From contig NIVC01001393.1 of the NCBI GenBank assembly GCA_002269645.1, forward strand, positions 162,481-226,480: a stretch of 64,000 bases of DNA, written 5' to 3'. How positions within the stretch are numbered: position 1 is the stretch's first letter; every line of letters starts with the position of its first letter. The stretch is from Macrostomum lignano. Lineage: Eukaryota. The notes under the pieces are model-generated. The model was not told the origin of the DNA, did not search any database, and worked only from the letters and a program-made list of their open reading frames with translations. Below are positions 34,749 to 47,719 of the stretch, piece by piece. The position numbers and the translations under genes were made by a program.

Positions 34749-37700
34749 ATGGTTGGCAACACACTTTGCTGGATTGGACCAATAAGGCGGGCAGTTTGTG
34801 CATTGCCTAGTACTGCCTCGTTGTGTCCTAGAATCATCACAAGTGGTTTAAATTTCTGTAAGTAATTTTCATTAAATTTGAAAATATATATCTTCAACAA
34901 CAAAGTAAATAAGTTGTTAAAGCCTAACAATTTTCTTCTAGATTTTATACATTTCCCATAGCCTTAGGCTTAGGTTTAGTCTAGCCTTCTAGGTTCTAGA
35001 CAGACTCTTTCATAATTAAAATAATATCATATGCTATTTGGCAAGTTTTTAAAAGTTAAAACCTTAAATATTTGTCTTGAATTTAGCTTTATTTATGACA
35101 TATACTATAAGTCTATTGTCTATATCATTTAATTATATAAATAATAAACATAGTAAATCCTACTTGCTAGGTAGATCCTTCAAAGTGATTACAGTCAGTT
35201 TGGTGATAAGATATTTTGGCAACAGTAATTTTGGTTACAAGAAAAGATCTCTCTGTGATAGCTATTATGGTTTCAAGTAGAAAATTATTTTGCTTATCTT
35301 AAATGGGATAAAATCTATGACTATAGCTATAATTTCAGAGGTTTTATAAAACAGTAAAGTGGTGCTTCATTTAATTTTGTTTATTTATTGTTACATATTA
35401 GCAATCTTGTTGTATTTGTATGTTTTTCAAATTTAATGACTATTTTTTATACTTTTCTCAATAGGCATTTTATATGGTAGATCTTTTATGTTTATATCTA
35501 AACAAGCTGTTGAAACCTGTCAATTTTGAACCTGGGGAATTCCTATCCTTGGAACTATTTTTGCATGTATTCTGAAATATAAGGCTATACTCAAACAAAA
35601 AATTGTCAAGAATTAATATGATAAAAATAAAAAAATATAATAAAGTATAATTGTATAAAGTTAGGATTTAATTTAAGGCAAACATTTGATTTTTTAGGTA
35701 GGGTGCTACACAGAATGTCACACAATGTTTGTTGTCTGATTCTAAAACATGTGTTGGCAAACTCTAGCCTATGTTTGACTTAGTGATAGATTCAAATATT
35801 ATTGAAAGTTAATTTAAAAAAAAAGAATGTAAAATTTAACAATATACTATTCATTTTTACAATTGTCAGTTTTTGCAGCAACATATTTTAAAGTGTTAAG
35901 TGTAAAGTGTTATTAAGTTAGTTTACTCAACTTTGGGACCTTTGAGGCATTCAATCTAAAGTTCTAAAACATTTGTAGGTAATCATTGTTTAAATGTAAT
36001 CATTACTTTGTTTTTTTCAAAATGCCAATGCAATAGACTTTGCATGCACTATACATGGTAAAGTTATTAAATTGCACAAACGTAATGTCAGTTAGTATTA
36101 GTAATTGGAATTAGTTAGATTAGCTATATAAAGAATTAAGTTCAATGCTAAGTTCAATTCAATTCAGATGCTAGATAGATATAGAATAAGCATAGCCCAA
36201 GATAGATTGAATCTTGTCAGTAAATTAATGTACAGCACTAATATGATTACTAACAGATGACGAGGCATTTTCGTCACTGAAAATATCATAGTTACTCCCA
36301 CCATTTACCCTTCACTTATTTTCAGATATTTGGATTCGAATTTGGTTTTGGAAACTTGCAAAAATCTACATTCAGTCCATCACTAGTTTGACTCTTCCTA
36401 TGTTCCTTGGATCCTTTGAAACTTCTATCTTCTCTTTTGTTTCTTTTCTTCCCTCTCATCCTTCATCACTCTATTCTTATCTCTCTCTTCTCATCTTTTC
36501 TCTTTTTTCTCTCCTCTCTCCTCTTTTCTCATATCTTCCCTTATCTCTCTTTTCTTTTATCTCTCTTATCTTATCTCTTCTCTCTTCTTTTCTCTTTCCT
36601 CTCCTCTCTCTCTCACTCTCTTTCTCTCTCTTTCTCTCTTATCTCTCCTCTCCCCTCTCTCTTCTCCTCTCTACTCTTTCCCCTCTCCATTCTCCTCTTT
36701 CCTCTCCTCTCTTCTCACTCACTTCCCTCTCCCTTTGTCTCTTTTCTCTTCTCTCATCTCTGTAATCTTTTCTCTTATCTCTTATCTTTCCTACATTCTC
36801 TCTATTCTCCCATCTCTCGTCTGTTCAGTATTGTCTCTGCTCTCTCACCCCCCTTTTCATCTATTATCTTTACTGTTTTATATGTTTTCTCACCTCTCTC
36901 CTTTGTACTATTTTCTTTTTCCTCTTTTGACTTCTTACTTTCCTTTCTCCTTTCTTCTCTTCTTTCTCTTCTCTCTTCTATACTCTCTCCACTTTCTTCT
37001 CTCATTTATCTTTTATCTTTCATTTCTCATCACTCTTTACAACTCTCTTATCTCTACAACCTTATTTCTTCTCTCTTCCCTTTACTCTATCATCTCTCCT
37101 TTCACCTCTTTCCTCTCTCCCTGCTCTCCACTCTCCTATCTCTTCTCTCCTCTCATCAGAAGCTCTCATCTTTACTCTCTTCTGTCTCCTCTCCTCTTCT
37201 TGCTGCTCTCTACTCTCTCATCTTGCTTCTCCTCTCTCCCCTCCCTCATTGTCATTCACACCTTTATCTCCAATTATATTCTATCTTTTCACTAATCCCT
37301 TCTCTCGCCTCTCCTCTTTTCAAATTGTCTATTCCTTCTTCTTTCTACTCTCATCAGCCCTTCAACCATGAGCTGGATTCTTTATCTGGCCTTTGAGGTA
37401 AAAGTCTGCTAATCCCTGCTTGGAAAGCCAGTTTGTGGGATGTAGTACTCTCATGGTTGTTCTCATGCTTTGATCATGTTATCTTTCTTGCCAATCTGCA
37501 GCCCTAAAAGGATTTTGTGTATCTTCAGCTCCAATGCAGTCTTTACTTACTCTTTAAGTACTTTAAAAAGAAACTTAAAATTTCTATGGTGTGACTAGTT
37601 TAGTAGGGTTGTATTATATTGCATTGCCTTTTCATAAATCTTTCACTTTTAAAAAACCATGCTGGATTGCCTTGATTTGCCAATTGCCATCTCCTGTTAA

Positions 37701-40700
37701 ACTGTTGCAGAGTTTACCAATACAGAGGGCAGTGGTTTGAATTCCTCACTAAACTGTTATGGCTAAATGTAGTTTCTCTATGGGGCGTTTCTATTGGCAA
37801 CACACACATGTAAGTCGCTATTGGTTGAGAGCAGTCACGTGACCACTATTCCGTCCAATAGCAACTTACATGTGTGTGTTGCCAATAGAAATGGCCGGGT
37901 GAATCCCTAGGTTGCGCCCAAGCATGTATGGGGTGCAGAGAAGGCTATAGATAAAGCTATTCCAAAACACTGTACATTCGCTATGTACATTCAGCCCTAT
38001 CGCCTGACCCTTGGTCTGGATCTGGGGGAATAAGCAAGTGAGTGGCACAAACAACAGGAAAAGCAGACAAACTTCACATGCTTACAGTTTCTGTTCCAAT
38101 TGAGTTACAGAGTTGAATCTTTACATTTAGACTGAGAATGAGTCAATGAAAAATTGTGTCAAGTTTGAAGCCAATTGCTTCATGTGGAGCAAACTTATGG
38201 CAGCCAAAATTTAGTCAATTTTACAAACCCTTTTACATATCTGGGCCCAGATTAGGAAAGAGAGGCAGGCAGGCAGAGGTTGTGGTGGCTATCTTGCTAA
38301 CAAAAAATAGTTCAACTTTAAAAGTGCACAGCGCCATTTTGGGGTTAACTTTGAAACTATTTTATAGAATTTTTGAAAAATAGACCTAAAAACATAAATC
38401 TAGTTACAAAATAACTATATCCATAGTCTTGATCATGCTGGGTGCATGCCCAAACAAAAATTGAAAGAGTTACATATGTATGCCAAAAAGAAATTATAGC
38501 AAAAAACTGATATACACAAACTTTTGTTTTAATGCATTATTAGCAAGCTTAAAAGCCAGAAAATTTAATATGTACACTAACAATAACTCTTTCACCTGAT
38601 TATATGAAGTGCATGCCAGGTGTGGATGCACACTATTTTCTTAAGAGTCATGCACACCAACTTTGCACCTCTAAATTTAGGCGTGCAAACAAGGCCAATG
38701 CATGCTTGAATTTTTGAGCATTACTACATGATCCGGAGTGTGGCTATATATTGATATTATAAAGTGCCTTTTGTCACTAAAATAACAAAATTATGAAATC
38801 ATACACACCCTGTATTTCCTCTACTCTCTTCTCATCTCTTCTTGTATCTTATTTCCCCTTTTATCTGTTGTCTCCCCTTTTTATCTCTCATCTGTTCTTT
38901 TCTCTTTCTTTATCTTATTTTATCTCATCTTGCCCATAGCAATGCTATAGATTCTTTATTTGGCCTTTCTCTTTATCTAGTTTGCCAGCCCTACTTTCAA
39001 AGATGAATTCGTTTGTTTTATTTAATACAATTCAAATAATGGGTTAAGCAAAAAACTACTTTTTAATGATTAAGAATCAAGATTCATATATAAAATTGTA
39101 TAAGCACCTTCTCTTTAATCTGTTCCTATTGTAACATTGTGATGAGCTGAATTTTGCTTTTTAACTTTCAGCAATTCCAATCCGCCAAGGGCATTGGTTT
39201 ACAAAGTACTATAGCTGGAAATGGATGACCCGACCAATATCTAAGGAGGTGTTAGAGAAATATGGTAAGCTATAATTTTTTTAATAATTCATGAGTATGT
39301 TCAACTGGGAAGCAATACTCACCATTTATAATATTTTGAATGTTGCAATTTGCAGAGGATAGGGCTAAAGTAAAGCTGCCGAAGGGTAGTTCCGCTCCAG
39401 CTCTGCTGCGCAAGTATCTAGATGAGTAAGATTGCTCAATTATTTGTTTGTCAATTGCATTTATTAGGCACTTAAATATATCATTATTAATGACTCACTT
39501 TCAGGAGTGTGCCAGAATCTGTCAAAAACATCCACTCATTTGAGTTCATGAATTTTGTAGGTATTTCTGTTTTATTTCCTGTATTCCTTATTCATAAGGT
39601 TAGTTTTTAATATTAAAGTATGATATGTATTTCACTGTTGTAGGAGGCCGCTGTGTCCGATGTAATCAGGGAGAAAGCCATTGAACTGGGACTTGACCCT
39701 GCCCAGGAATCTACTGCCAACGAGAGTAAGAGTGCATTGAATTGAGTTAAATTTGAGTTCATTTTTGGCTGTAGAAATGGGAACTAGTTTGGTATTGTGA
39801 TTAGGGTCTGAATTGGGTGAAGAATGAGGATTTGGGATTAAATCGGGTGATTAATGGGGATTTGGGATTGAATTGGGTGAATAATGGGGATTAGGGATTG
39901 AATTGGGTGAATAATGAGGATTTGGGATTGAATTGGGTGAATAATGAGGATTTGGGATTGAATTGGGTGAATAATTAGGATTTGGGATTGAATTGGGTGA
40001 ATAATGGGGATTAGGGATTGAATTGGGTGAATAATGAGGATTTGGGATTAAATTGGGTGAATAATGAGGATTTGGGATTAAATTGGGTGAATAATGAGGA
40101 TTTGGGATTAAATTGGGTGAATAATGAGGATTTTGGATTGAATTGGGTGAATAATGAGGATTTGGGATTGAATTGGGTGAATAATGAGGATTTGGGATTA
40201 AATTGGGTGAATAATGAGGATTTGGGATTAAATTGGGTGAATAATGAGGATTTGGGATTGAATTGGGTGAATAATGAGGATTTTGGATTTAATTGGGTGA
40301 ATAATGAGGATTTGGGATTAAATTGGGTGAATAATGAGGAATTGGGATTAAATTGGGTGAATAATGAGGAATTGGGATTAAATTGGGTGAATAATGAGGA
40401 TTTGGGATTAAATTGGGTGAATAATGAGGAATTGGGATTAAATTGGGTGAATAATGAGGAATTGGGATTGAATTAGGTGAATAATGAGGAATTGGGATTA
40501 AATTGGGTGAATAATGAGGAATTGGGATTGAATTAGGTGAATAATGAGGAATTGGGATTGAATTAGGTGAATAATGAGGATTTGGGATTAAATTGGGTGA
40601 ATAATGAGGAATTGGGATTAAATTGGGTGAATAATGAGGATTTGGGATTGAATTGGGTGAATAATGAGGATTTGGGATTGAATTAGGTGAATAATGAGGA

Positions 40701-41661
40701 TTTGGGATTGAATTAGGTGAATAATGGGGATTTGGGATTAAATTGGGTGAATAATGAGGATTTGGGATTGAATTGGGTGAATAATGAGGATTTGGGATTA
40801 AATTGGGTGAATAATGAGGATTTGGGATTAAATTGGGTGAATAATGAGGATTTGGGATTGAATTGGGTATAAATGAGGATTTGGGATTGAATTGGGTGAA
40901 TAATGAGGATTAGGGACTAAATTGGGTGAATAATGAGGATTTGGGATTAAATTGGGTGAATAATGAGGATTTGGGATTGAATTGGGTGAATAATGAGGAT
41001 TTGGGATTGAATTATTATATATTATGGATGAGATTGGAGGCCCATGATGCAGATATTAAGTGGGATCCTAGAGGCTGAGTTTCTCCTAATTCCCCCCCCC
41101 GCAGTCGTCCGCCTTACCGTGCGCATCCGGGTGCAGCGCGAGCAGATGTCCAAGAAGAATTCGGCAGTGCTGGAGCGCAATCTGTTGGCCATGCTGGACA
41201 GGCGGCGCCACCTGATCGAGGTGCTCCGCTCCGAGGATTATGCCCAGTTCCTGCGCCTGGTCTCCGGCCTTGAGCTCAACTTCGCGCACAAGCCACGGCC
41301 GAACGAGGCGGAGCCGCCAAAGCCGGGCTTCCCCAGCCGGCTGGCCGAGACTCGCGACCGCTGCAGGCGGCTTCGCCAGCGCCGACTGGCCGAGCTGGCC
41401 GACCGGACCGAGGCGGCCAAGGCCGAGTTCGAGCAGCGACGCCAAAAAGAACTAAAAGATGCGGCTGAGAAGCTGGCTAGCCTGGGGCTGACCCTGGAAC
41501 AGGTGCTAGACGAGGTGTACGCGGATAGGCGAGCCCGGGCTGAGACCGACTTGCTGGAGGACCAGCTGCACTGGTACTACGGCGAGCAGCGGGACCATCT
41601 TAAATACGTTGCCAAGCTGGCCGAGAAGGCTAAGGCCGCTCAGACTCGTGGCCGCAAGTAG
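34749..41661 (+). CDS. mrps15: Mitochondrial ribosomal protein S15 (uS15m), 320 aa; exons 34749-34857, 39172-39264, 39356-39425, 39505-39556, 39644-39725, 41105-41661
   Basis: All five introns are GT-AG and phase-consistent (963 nt in total). Acid-free, Arg-containing N-terminus resembles a presequence. VKNIHSFEF...NEIVRLTVRIR...LLAMLDRRRHLIEVLRSEDYAQFLRLVSGLEL matches the S15 domain. Exon 1 is less certain than exons 2-6. Confidence 0.8.
36420..37350 (+). repeat. CT-rich low-complexity tract in mrps15 intron 1 (a shorter one at about 38815-38935)
   Basis: Pyrimidine-only strand; the ORFs here are Leu/Ser/Phe artefacts. Confidence 0.9.
37788..37891. other. 37-bp-arm hairpin with central GTCACGTGAC
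   Basis: TTTCTATTGGCAACACACACATGTAAGT(C/T)GCTATTGG is inverted-repeated, one mismatch. Confidence 0.8.
39800..41005 (+). repeat. 30-bp minisatellite (AATTGGGTGAATAATGAGGATTTGGGATTR) in mrps15 intron 5
   Basis: About 40 copies. Confidence 0.95.
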
Positions 41662-41724
41662 GGATTTTTAATGCGGGATAATTGTTAGATTTAGGATTTC
41701 ACTGCGCGATTGCCTGTGTGCTAT

Positions 41725-42410
41725 TTTATTGCAGAAATCCCGAAACTGAGAATCCCAATCCCGACTATGAAAATCCCAATCCCAAATATGAGAATCCCAA
41801 TCCCAACTATGAGAATCCCAATTCCAACTATGAGAATCCCAATCCCAAATATGAGAATCCCAATCCCGAATCTGAGAATCCCAAACCCGAATCTGAGAAT
41901 CCCAATCCCAAATCTGAGAATCCCAATCCCGAATCTGAGAATCCCAATCCCAAATATGAGAATCCCAATCCCGAATCTGAGAATCCCAATCCCAATCCCA
42001 AATATAAGAATCCCAATCCCGAATCTGAGAATCCCAAACACGAATCTGAGAATCCCAATCCCGAATCTGAGAATCCCAAACACGAATCTGAGAATCCCAA
42101 TCCCGAATCCGAGAATCCCAATCCCGAATCTGAGAATCCCAATCCCGAATCTGAGAATCCCAATCCCGAATCTGAGAATCCCAATCCCGAATCTGAGAAT
42201 CCCAAACACGAATCTGAGAATCCCAATCCCGAATCCGAGAATCCCAATCCCGAATCTGAGAGGCCCAATCCCAACCACAAGAATCCGAATACTAAATCAG
42301 AGAATCCCAATCCCGACTATGAGCATCCCAATCTCGAATCTGAGAATCCCAATCCCAACTATGAGAATCCCAATCCCGAATCTGAGAATCCCAATCCTAA
42401 CTATGAGAAT
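41725..42410 (+). repeat. 21-bp minisatellite (GAGAATCCCAATCCCGAATCT) just downstream of mrps15
   Basis: About 32 copies; gives the ENPNPES artefact ORF. Confidence 0.93.
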
Positions 42411-43094
42411 GCCATTGTCCCAAATAGTGGTTAGCCAGCATTCTATGACCTAGATCTAAGTTTCCCGATTTTAAAATTCCTACTTATAGTAGACTAATGG
42501 GTTTTCACAGAATGCACAGTCCGGCAAGAAATTGTCGGCTGACCAGAGTAATGTTTATAAATTGCACGCAGCTCTAATGTGTTGTTTTTTATCATTTAAA
42601 ATAAACTTCGACACCTCTTGCTGCAATATTCGCGTTCTAGTTGCCGTTTTTATGAAATTTAATACATCTATATTGTTTTGAATATAAATCTTTTCTCTCG
42701 ACTGTCGTGAAGGTCAGGTCGCGCAGAGGCTAAAATAGGTATTTATATAGACTTCAGCTCTGTATATATATTGCCTGAAAATGACTGATTGACGGGCAAG
42801 ACTCCGCCTAGCCTTCAAGTCACCCGCCAGTGCAGTGCTTGCACAATGATTCCCCTTCGATGCAGTTGGGTAAACTGTTAAGTCTGCGCCTTGGGGTTCG
42901 TCGGGCTATTTTTATCATCTAGATAAGGAAATGATAACCGGAACAAGATTAATTCATTTATGATGCCGCTTTCAGGATTGAGATAGGAAGTTTGTTAGAA
43001 GGGACTGCTGGCTTTTAGTTGTCTGTGTAACTGGCATCGTGTATGTGCAAATGATAAGTAGGAAAGCAATGACGATGTTCACTGAAGGGTCAAA

Positions 43095-46000
43095 TGTAAT
43101 AACGGATGTCCACTGAAGCAATGGCAGATTCCAACTGAAGGAATGGCTGATGCCTATTGAAGGAACTTCAGATGAAATGGCTGATTCCTACTGAAGGAAT
43201 GGCAGATTCCAACTGAAGGAATGGCTGATGCCTACTGAAGGAACTTCAGGTGGAATGGCAGATTCCTACTGAAGGAATGGCTGATTCCTACTGAAGGAAT
43301 GGCAGATTCCAACTGAAGGAATGGCTGATGCCTACTGAAGGAACTTCAGGTGGAATGGCAGATTCCTACTGAAGTAATGGCTGATTCCTACTGAAGGAAT
43401 GGCAGATTCCTACTGAAGGAATGGCAGATTCCTACTGAAGGAATGGCAGATTCCTACTGAAGGAATGGCAGATTCCTACTGAAGGAATGGCAGATTCCTA
43501 CTGAAGGAATGGCAGATGCCTACTGAAGGAACTTCAGGTGGAATGGCAGATTCCTACTGAAGGAATGGCTGATTCCTACTGAAGGAATGGCAGATTCCTA
43601 CTGAAGGAATGGCTGATTCCTACTGAAGGAATGGCTGATTCCTACTGAAGGAATGGCAGATGCCTACTGAAGGAACTTCAGATGAAATGGCTGATTCCTA
43701 CTGAAGGAATGGCAGATTCCAACTGAAGGAATGGCTGATGCCTACTGAAGGAACTTCAGATGGAATGGCAGATTCCTACTGAAGGAATGGCTGATTCCTA
43801 CTGAAGGAATGGCTGATTCCTACTAAAGGAATGGCTGATTCCTACTGAAGGAATGGCTGATTCCTACTAAAGGAATGGCTGATTCCTACTGAAGGAATGG
43901 CTGATTCCTACTAAAGGAATGGCAGATTCCTACTGAAGGAATGGCAGATTCCAACTGAAGGAATGGCTGATTCCTACTCAAGGAATGGCAGATGCCTACT
44001 GAAGGAACTTCAGATGGAATGGCAGATTCCTACTGAAGGAATGGCAGATGCCTACTGAAGGAACTTCAGATGGAATGGCAGATTCCTACTGAAGGAATGG
44101 CAGATTCCTACTGAAGGAATGGCTGATTCCTACTGAAGGAATGGCTGATTCCTACTGAAGGAATGGCAGATTCCTACTGAAGGAATGGCTGATTCCTACT
44201 GAAGGAATGGCTGATTCCTACTGAAGGAATGGCAGATTCCTACTGAAGGAATGGCAGATTCCTACTGAAGGAATGGCAGATGCCTACTGAAGGAATGGCA
44301 GATGCCTACTGAAGGAACTTCAGATGGAATGGCTGATTCCTACTGAAGGAATGGCTGATTCCTACTGAAGGAATGGCAGATTCCTACTGAAGGAATGGCA
44401 GATTCCTACTGAAGGAACTTCAGGTGGAATGGCAGATTCCTACTGAAGGAATGGCAGATTCCTACTGAAGGAATGGCAGATTCCTACTGAAGGAACTTCA
44501 GGTGGAATGGCAGATTCCTACTGAAGGAATGGCTGATTCCTACTGAAGGAATGGCTGATTCCTACTGAAGGAATGGCTGATTCCTACTGAAGGAATGGCT
44601 GATTCCTACTCAAGGAATGGCAGATTCCTACTGAAGGAATGGCAGATTCCAACTGAAGGAATGGCTGATTCCTACTGAAGGAATGGCTGATTCCTACTGA
44701 AGGAATGGCTGATTCCTACTAAAGGAATGGCAGATTCCTACTGAAGGAATGGCAGATTCCAACTGAAGGAATGGCTGATTCCTACTGAAGGAAGGGCTGA
44801 TTCCTACTGAAGGAATGGCAGATGCCCACTGAAGGAACTTCAGATGGAATGGCAGATTCCTACTGAAGGAATGGCAGATGCCTACTGAAGGAACTTCAGA
44901 TGGAATGGCAGATTCCTACTGAAGGAATGGCAGATGCCTACTGAAGGAACTTCAGATGGAATGGCAGATTCCTACTGAAGGAATGGCAGATTCCTACTGA
45001 AGGAATGGCAGATTCCTACTGAAGGAATGGCAGATGCCTACTGAAGGAATGGCAGATGCCTACTGAAGGAACTTCAGATGGAATGGCAGATTCCTACTGA
45101 AGGAATGGCAGATTCCTACTGAAGGAATGGCTGATTCCTACTGAAGGAATGGCAGATTCATACTGAAGGAACTTCAGGTGGAATGGCAGATTCCTACTGA
45201 AGGAATGGCAGATTCCTACTGAAGGAATGGCAGATTCCTACTGAAGGAACTTCAGGTGGAATGGCAGATTCCTACTGAAGGAATGGCTGATTCCTACTGA
45301 AGGAATGGCTGATTCCTACTGAAGGAATGGCTGATTCCTACTGAAGGAATGGCTGATTCCTACTGAAGGAATGGCTGATTCCTACTAAAGGAATGGCAGA
45401 TTCCTACTGAAGGAATGGCAGATTCCAACTGAAGGAATGGCTGATTCCTACTGAAGGAAGGGCTGATTCCTACTGAAGGAATGGCAGATGCCTACTGAAG
45501 GAACTTCAGATGGAATGGCAGATTCCTACTGAAGGAATGGCAGATGCCTACTGAAGGAACTTCAGATGGAATGGCAGATTCCTACTGAAGGAATGGCAGA
45601 TGCCTACTGAAGGAACTTCAGATGGAATGGCAGATTCCTACTGAAGGAATGGCAGATGCCTACTGAAGGAACTTCAGATGGAATGGCAGATTCCTACTGA
45701 AGGAATGGCAGATTCCTACTGAAGGAATGGCAGATTCCTACTGAAGGAATGGCTGATTCCTACTGATGGAATGGCAGATTCCTACTGAAGGAATGGCAGA
45801 TTCCTACTGAAGGAATGGCTGATTCCTACTGATGGAATGGCAGATTCCTACTGAAGGAATGGCTGATTCCTACTGAAGGAATGGCTGATTCCTACTGATG
45901 GAATGGCAGATTCCTACTGAAGGAATGGCAGATTCCTACTGAAGGAATGGCAGATGCCTACTGAAGGAACTTCAGATGGAATGGCAGATTCCTACTGAAG

Positions 46001-46510
46001 GAATGGCAGATTCCTACTGAAGGAATGGCAGATTCCTACTGAAGGAATGGCAGATGCCTACTGAAGGAACTTCAGATGGAATGGCAGATTCCTACTGAAG
46101 GAATGGCAGATGCCTACTGAAGGAACTTCAGATGGAATGGCAGATTCCTACTGAAGGAATGGCAGATTCCTACTGAAGGAATGGCAGATTCCTACTGAAG
46201 GAATGGCAGATGCCTACTGAAGGAACTTCAGATGGAATGGCAGATTCCTACTGAAGGAATGGCAGATGCCTACTGAAGGAACTTCAGATGGAATGGCAGA
46301 TTCCTACTGAAGGAATGGCAGATTCCTACTGAAGGAATGGCAGATGCCTACTGAAGGAACTTCAGATGGAATGGCAGATTCCTACTGAAGAAATGGCAGA
46401 TTCCTACTGAAGGAATGGCAGATTCCTACTGAAGGAATGGCTGATTCCTACTGAAGGAATGGCTAATGCCTACTGAAGGAACTTCAGGTGAAATGGCAGA
46501 TTCCTACTGA
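43095..46510 (+). repeat. Minisatellite of interspersed 22-bp (GAAGGAATGGCWGATTCCTACT) and 34-bp (with CTTCAGATGGAA insert) units
   Basis: Direct inspection. Confidence 0.95.
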
Positions 46511-46980
46511 AGGAAATTCGGGAGAAATGGCAGATGCCGCTGAAGAAGGAATAGGATGCTGTATTGCTTGACTTAAGTAACTCTGAGCGGTAGTGTATTA
46601 AGCGAGTGTCTGAAGTCAGTAAGCGTCAGGAGTAAAGAAGATCTCTCAGCAACTCTGATTGGCTGGCCCCAGTCTAAGCCAATAGCCGGCAGTGGCAAGC
46701 CCTTTCGCCCTTGTTGAACATCTTAATTAGTTATTCGGATTGTAAAACCACTGGCGATCTGCGAACTGATTTTGTTGGCTGTAAATTTTAGGCTTGTACG
46801 ATCCGTGTAATTTCGGTATTTCCCAGTCAAGTTCTAGACACAGTCACACAGGTTTGCTTAACTTCGGCTTCCGCGGACCGACTGTGGAGCGGCCGTCGAT
46901 TGAGTCATCATCTGAATTGGAAGTCAACCGTGCTAACTTCCTGTTGCTAACGGTAGTTATTCTCTTAGTCTTACTGGCTG

Positions 46981-47112
46981 GCTGTCTGTCTGTCTGTTTG
47001 TCTGTTTGTCTGTTTGTCTCAGTGTCTGTGTGTTTGTCTGTCTGTCTTAGTGCCTGTCTGTCTGTCTGTCTGTCTTAGTGTCTGTTTGTCTGTCTGTCTT
47101 AGTGCTTGTCTG

Positions 47113-47148
<36 letters not shown>

Positions 47149-47201
47149 GTGTCTGTCTGTCTGTCTGTCTTAGTGTCTGTCTGTCTGTCTGTCTTTCTGC
47201 C

Positions 47202-47234
<33 letters not shown>

Positions 47235-47305
47235 TAGTGTCTGTCTGTCTGTCTGTCTGTCTGTCTTAGTGCCTGCCTGTCTGTCTGTCTTAGTGGCTGT
47301 CTATT
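46981..47305 (+). repeat. (CTGT)n microsatellite with TTAGTG interruptions; probable tail of the adjacent SINE
   Basis: Directly abuts the 3' end of the minus-strand SINE. Confidence 0.9.
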
Positions 47306-47588
47306 GGCTAAGTGTTTAACTCAGTTCAGTCGGGAATTTCGGGTGATCGGGGCGCGGATAGGTGTACGCAGGCACGCACTCACACAGAGTGTACAGCGGC
47401 CTTAACTCTCTAACCGTCAAGCATGTACACTCTCTGCCCCTGTGAGTTGAGCCTCATAGAATCCGCAGGTCAACCCCAAAATTACGCTCCTAGTATAGTA
47501 TGGCCGGCTCCGGGGAATCGAACCTAAGGACTTGGCGCGACAGTCGGACGCGTTGCTGATACTCAATCTAAGCACATGCTGCCACCGT
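47306..47588 (-). mobile_element. tRNA-derived SINE (second family)
   Basis: B box GGTTCGATTCC (47524-47514) in a tRNA-Asp-like context (CTGTCGCGCC...GGTTCGATTCCCCG); about 40-bp body segment similar to the SINE at 4420-4752. Confidence 0.6.
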
Positions 47589-47719
47589 TCATAGTAGTAA
47601 GATATACAAGTGAAAATAGTACTGCATAGAACCAGTGGCACACGCAGGAACTTTAATTGGAGCAGGCCTAAGGGGACTTAAGAGACTTAACCCTAAAAGA
47701 ACGCCAATATTTGGTGCCT

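Noticed and set aside
39800-42410. Telomere-like GGGATT/TTAGGG words in several satellites
   Set aside because: TTAGGG occurs only sporadically and never in tandem.
41682-42453. ENPNPES / RIPIP repeat ORFs resembling NANP-type surface proteins
   Set aside because: A 21-bp non-coding array just after the mrps15 stop, open in four frames, with no signal peptide or anchor.
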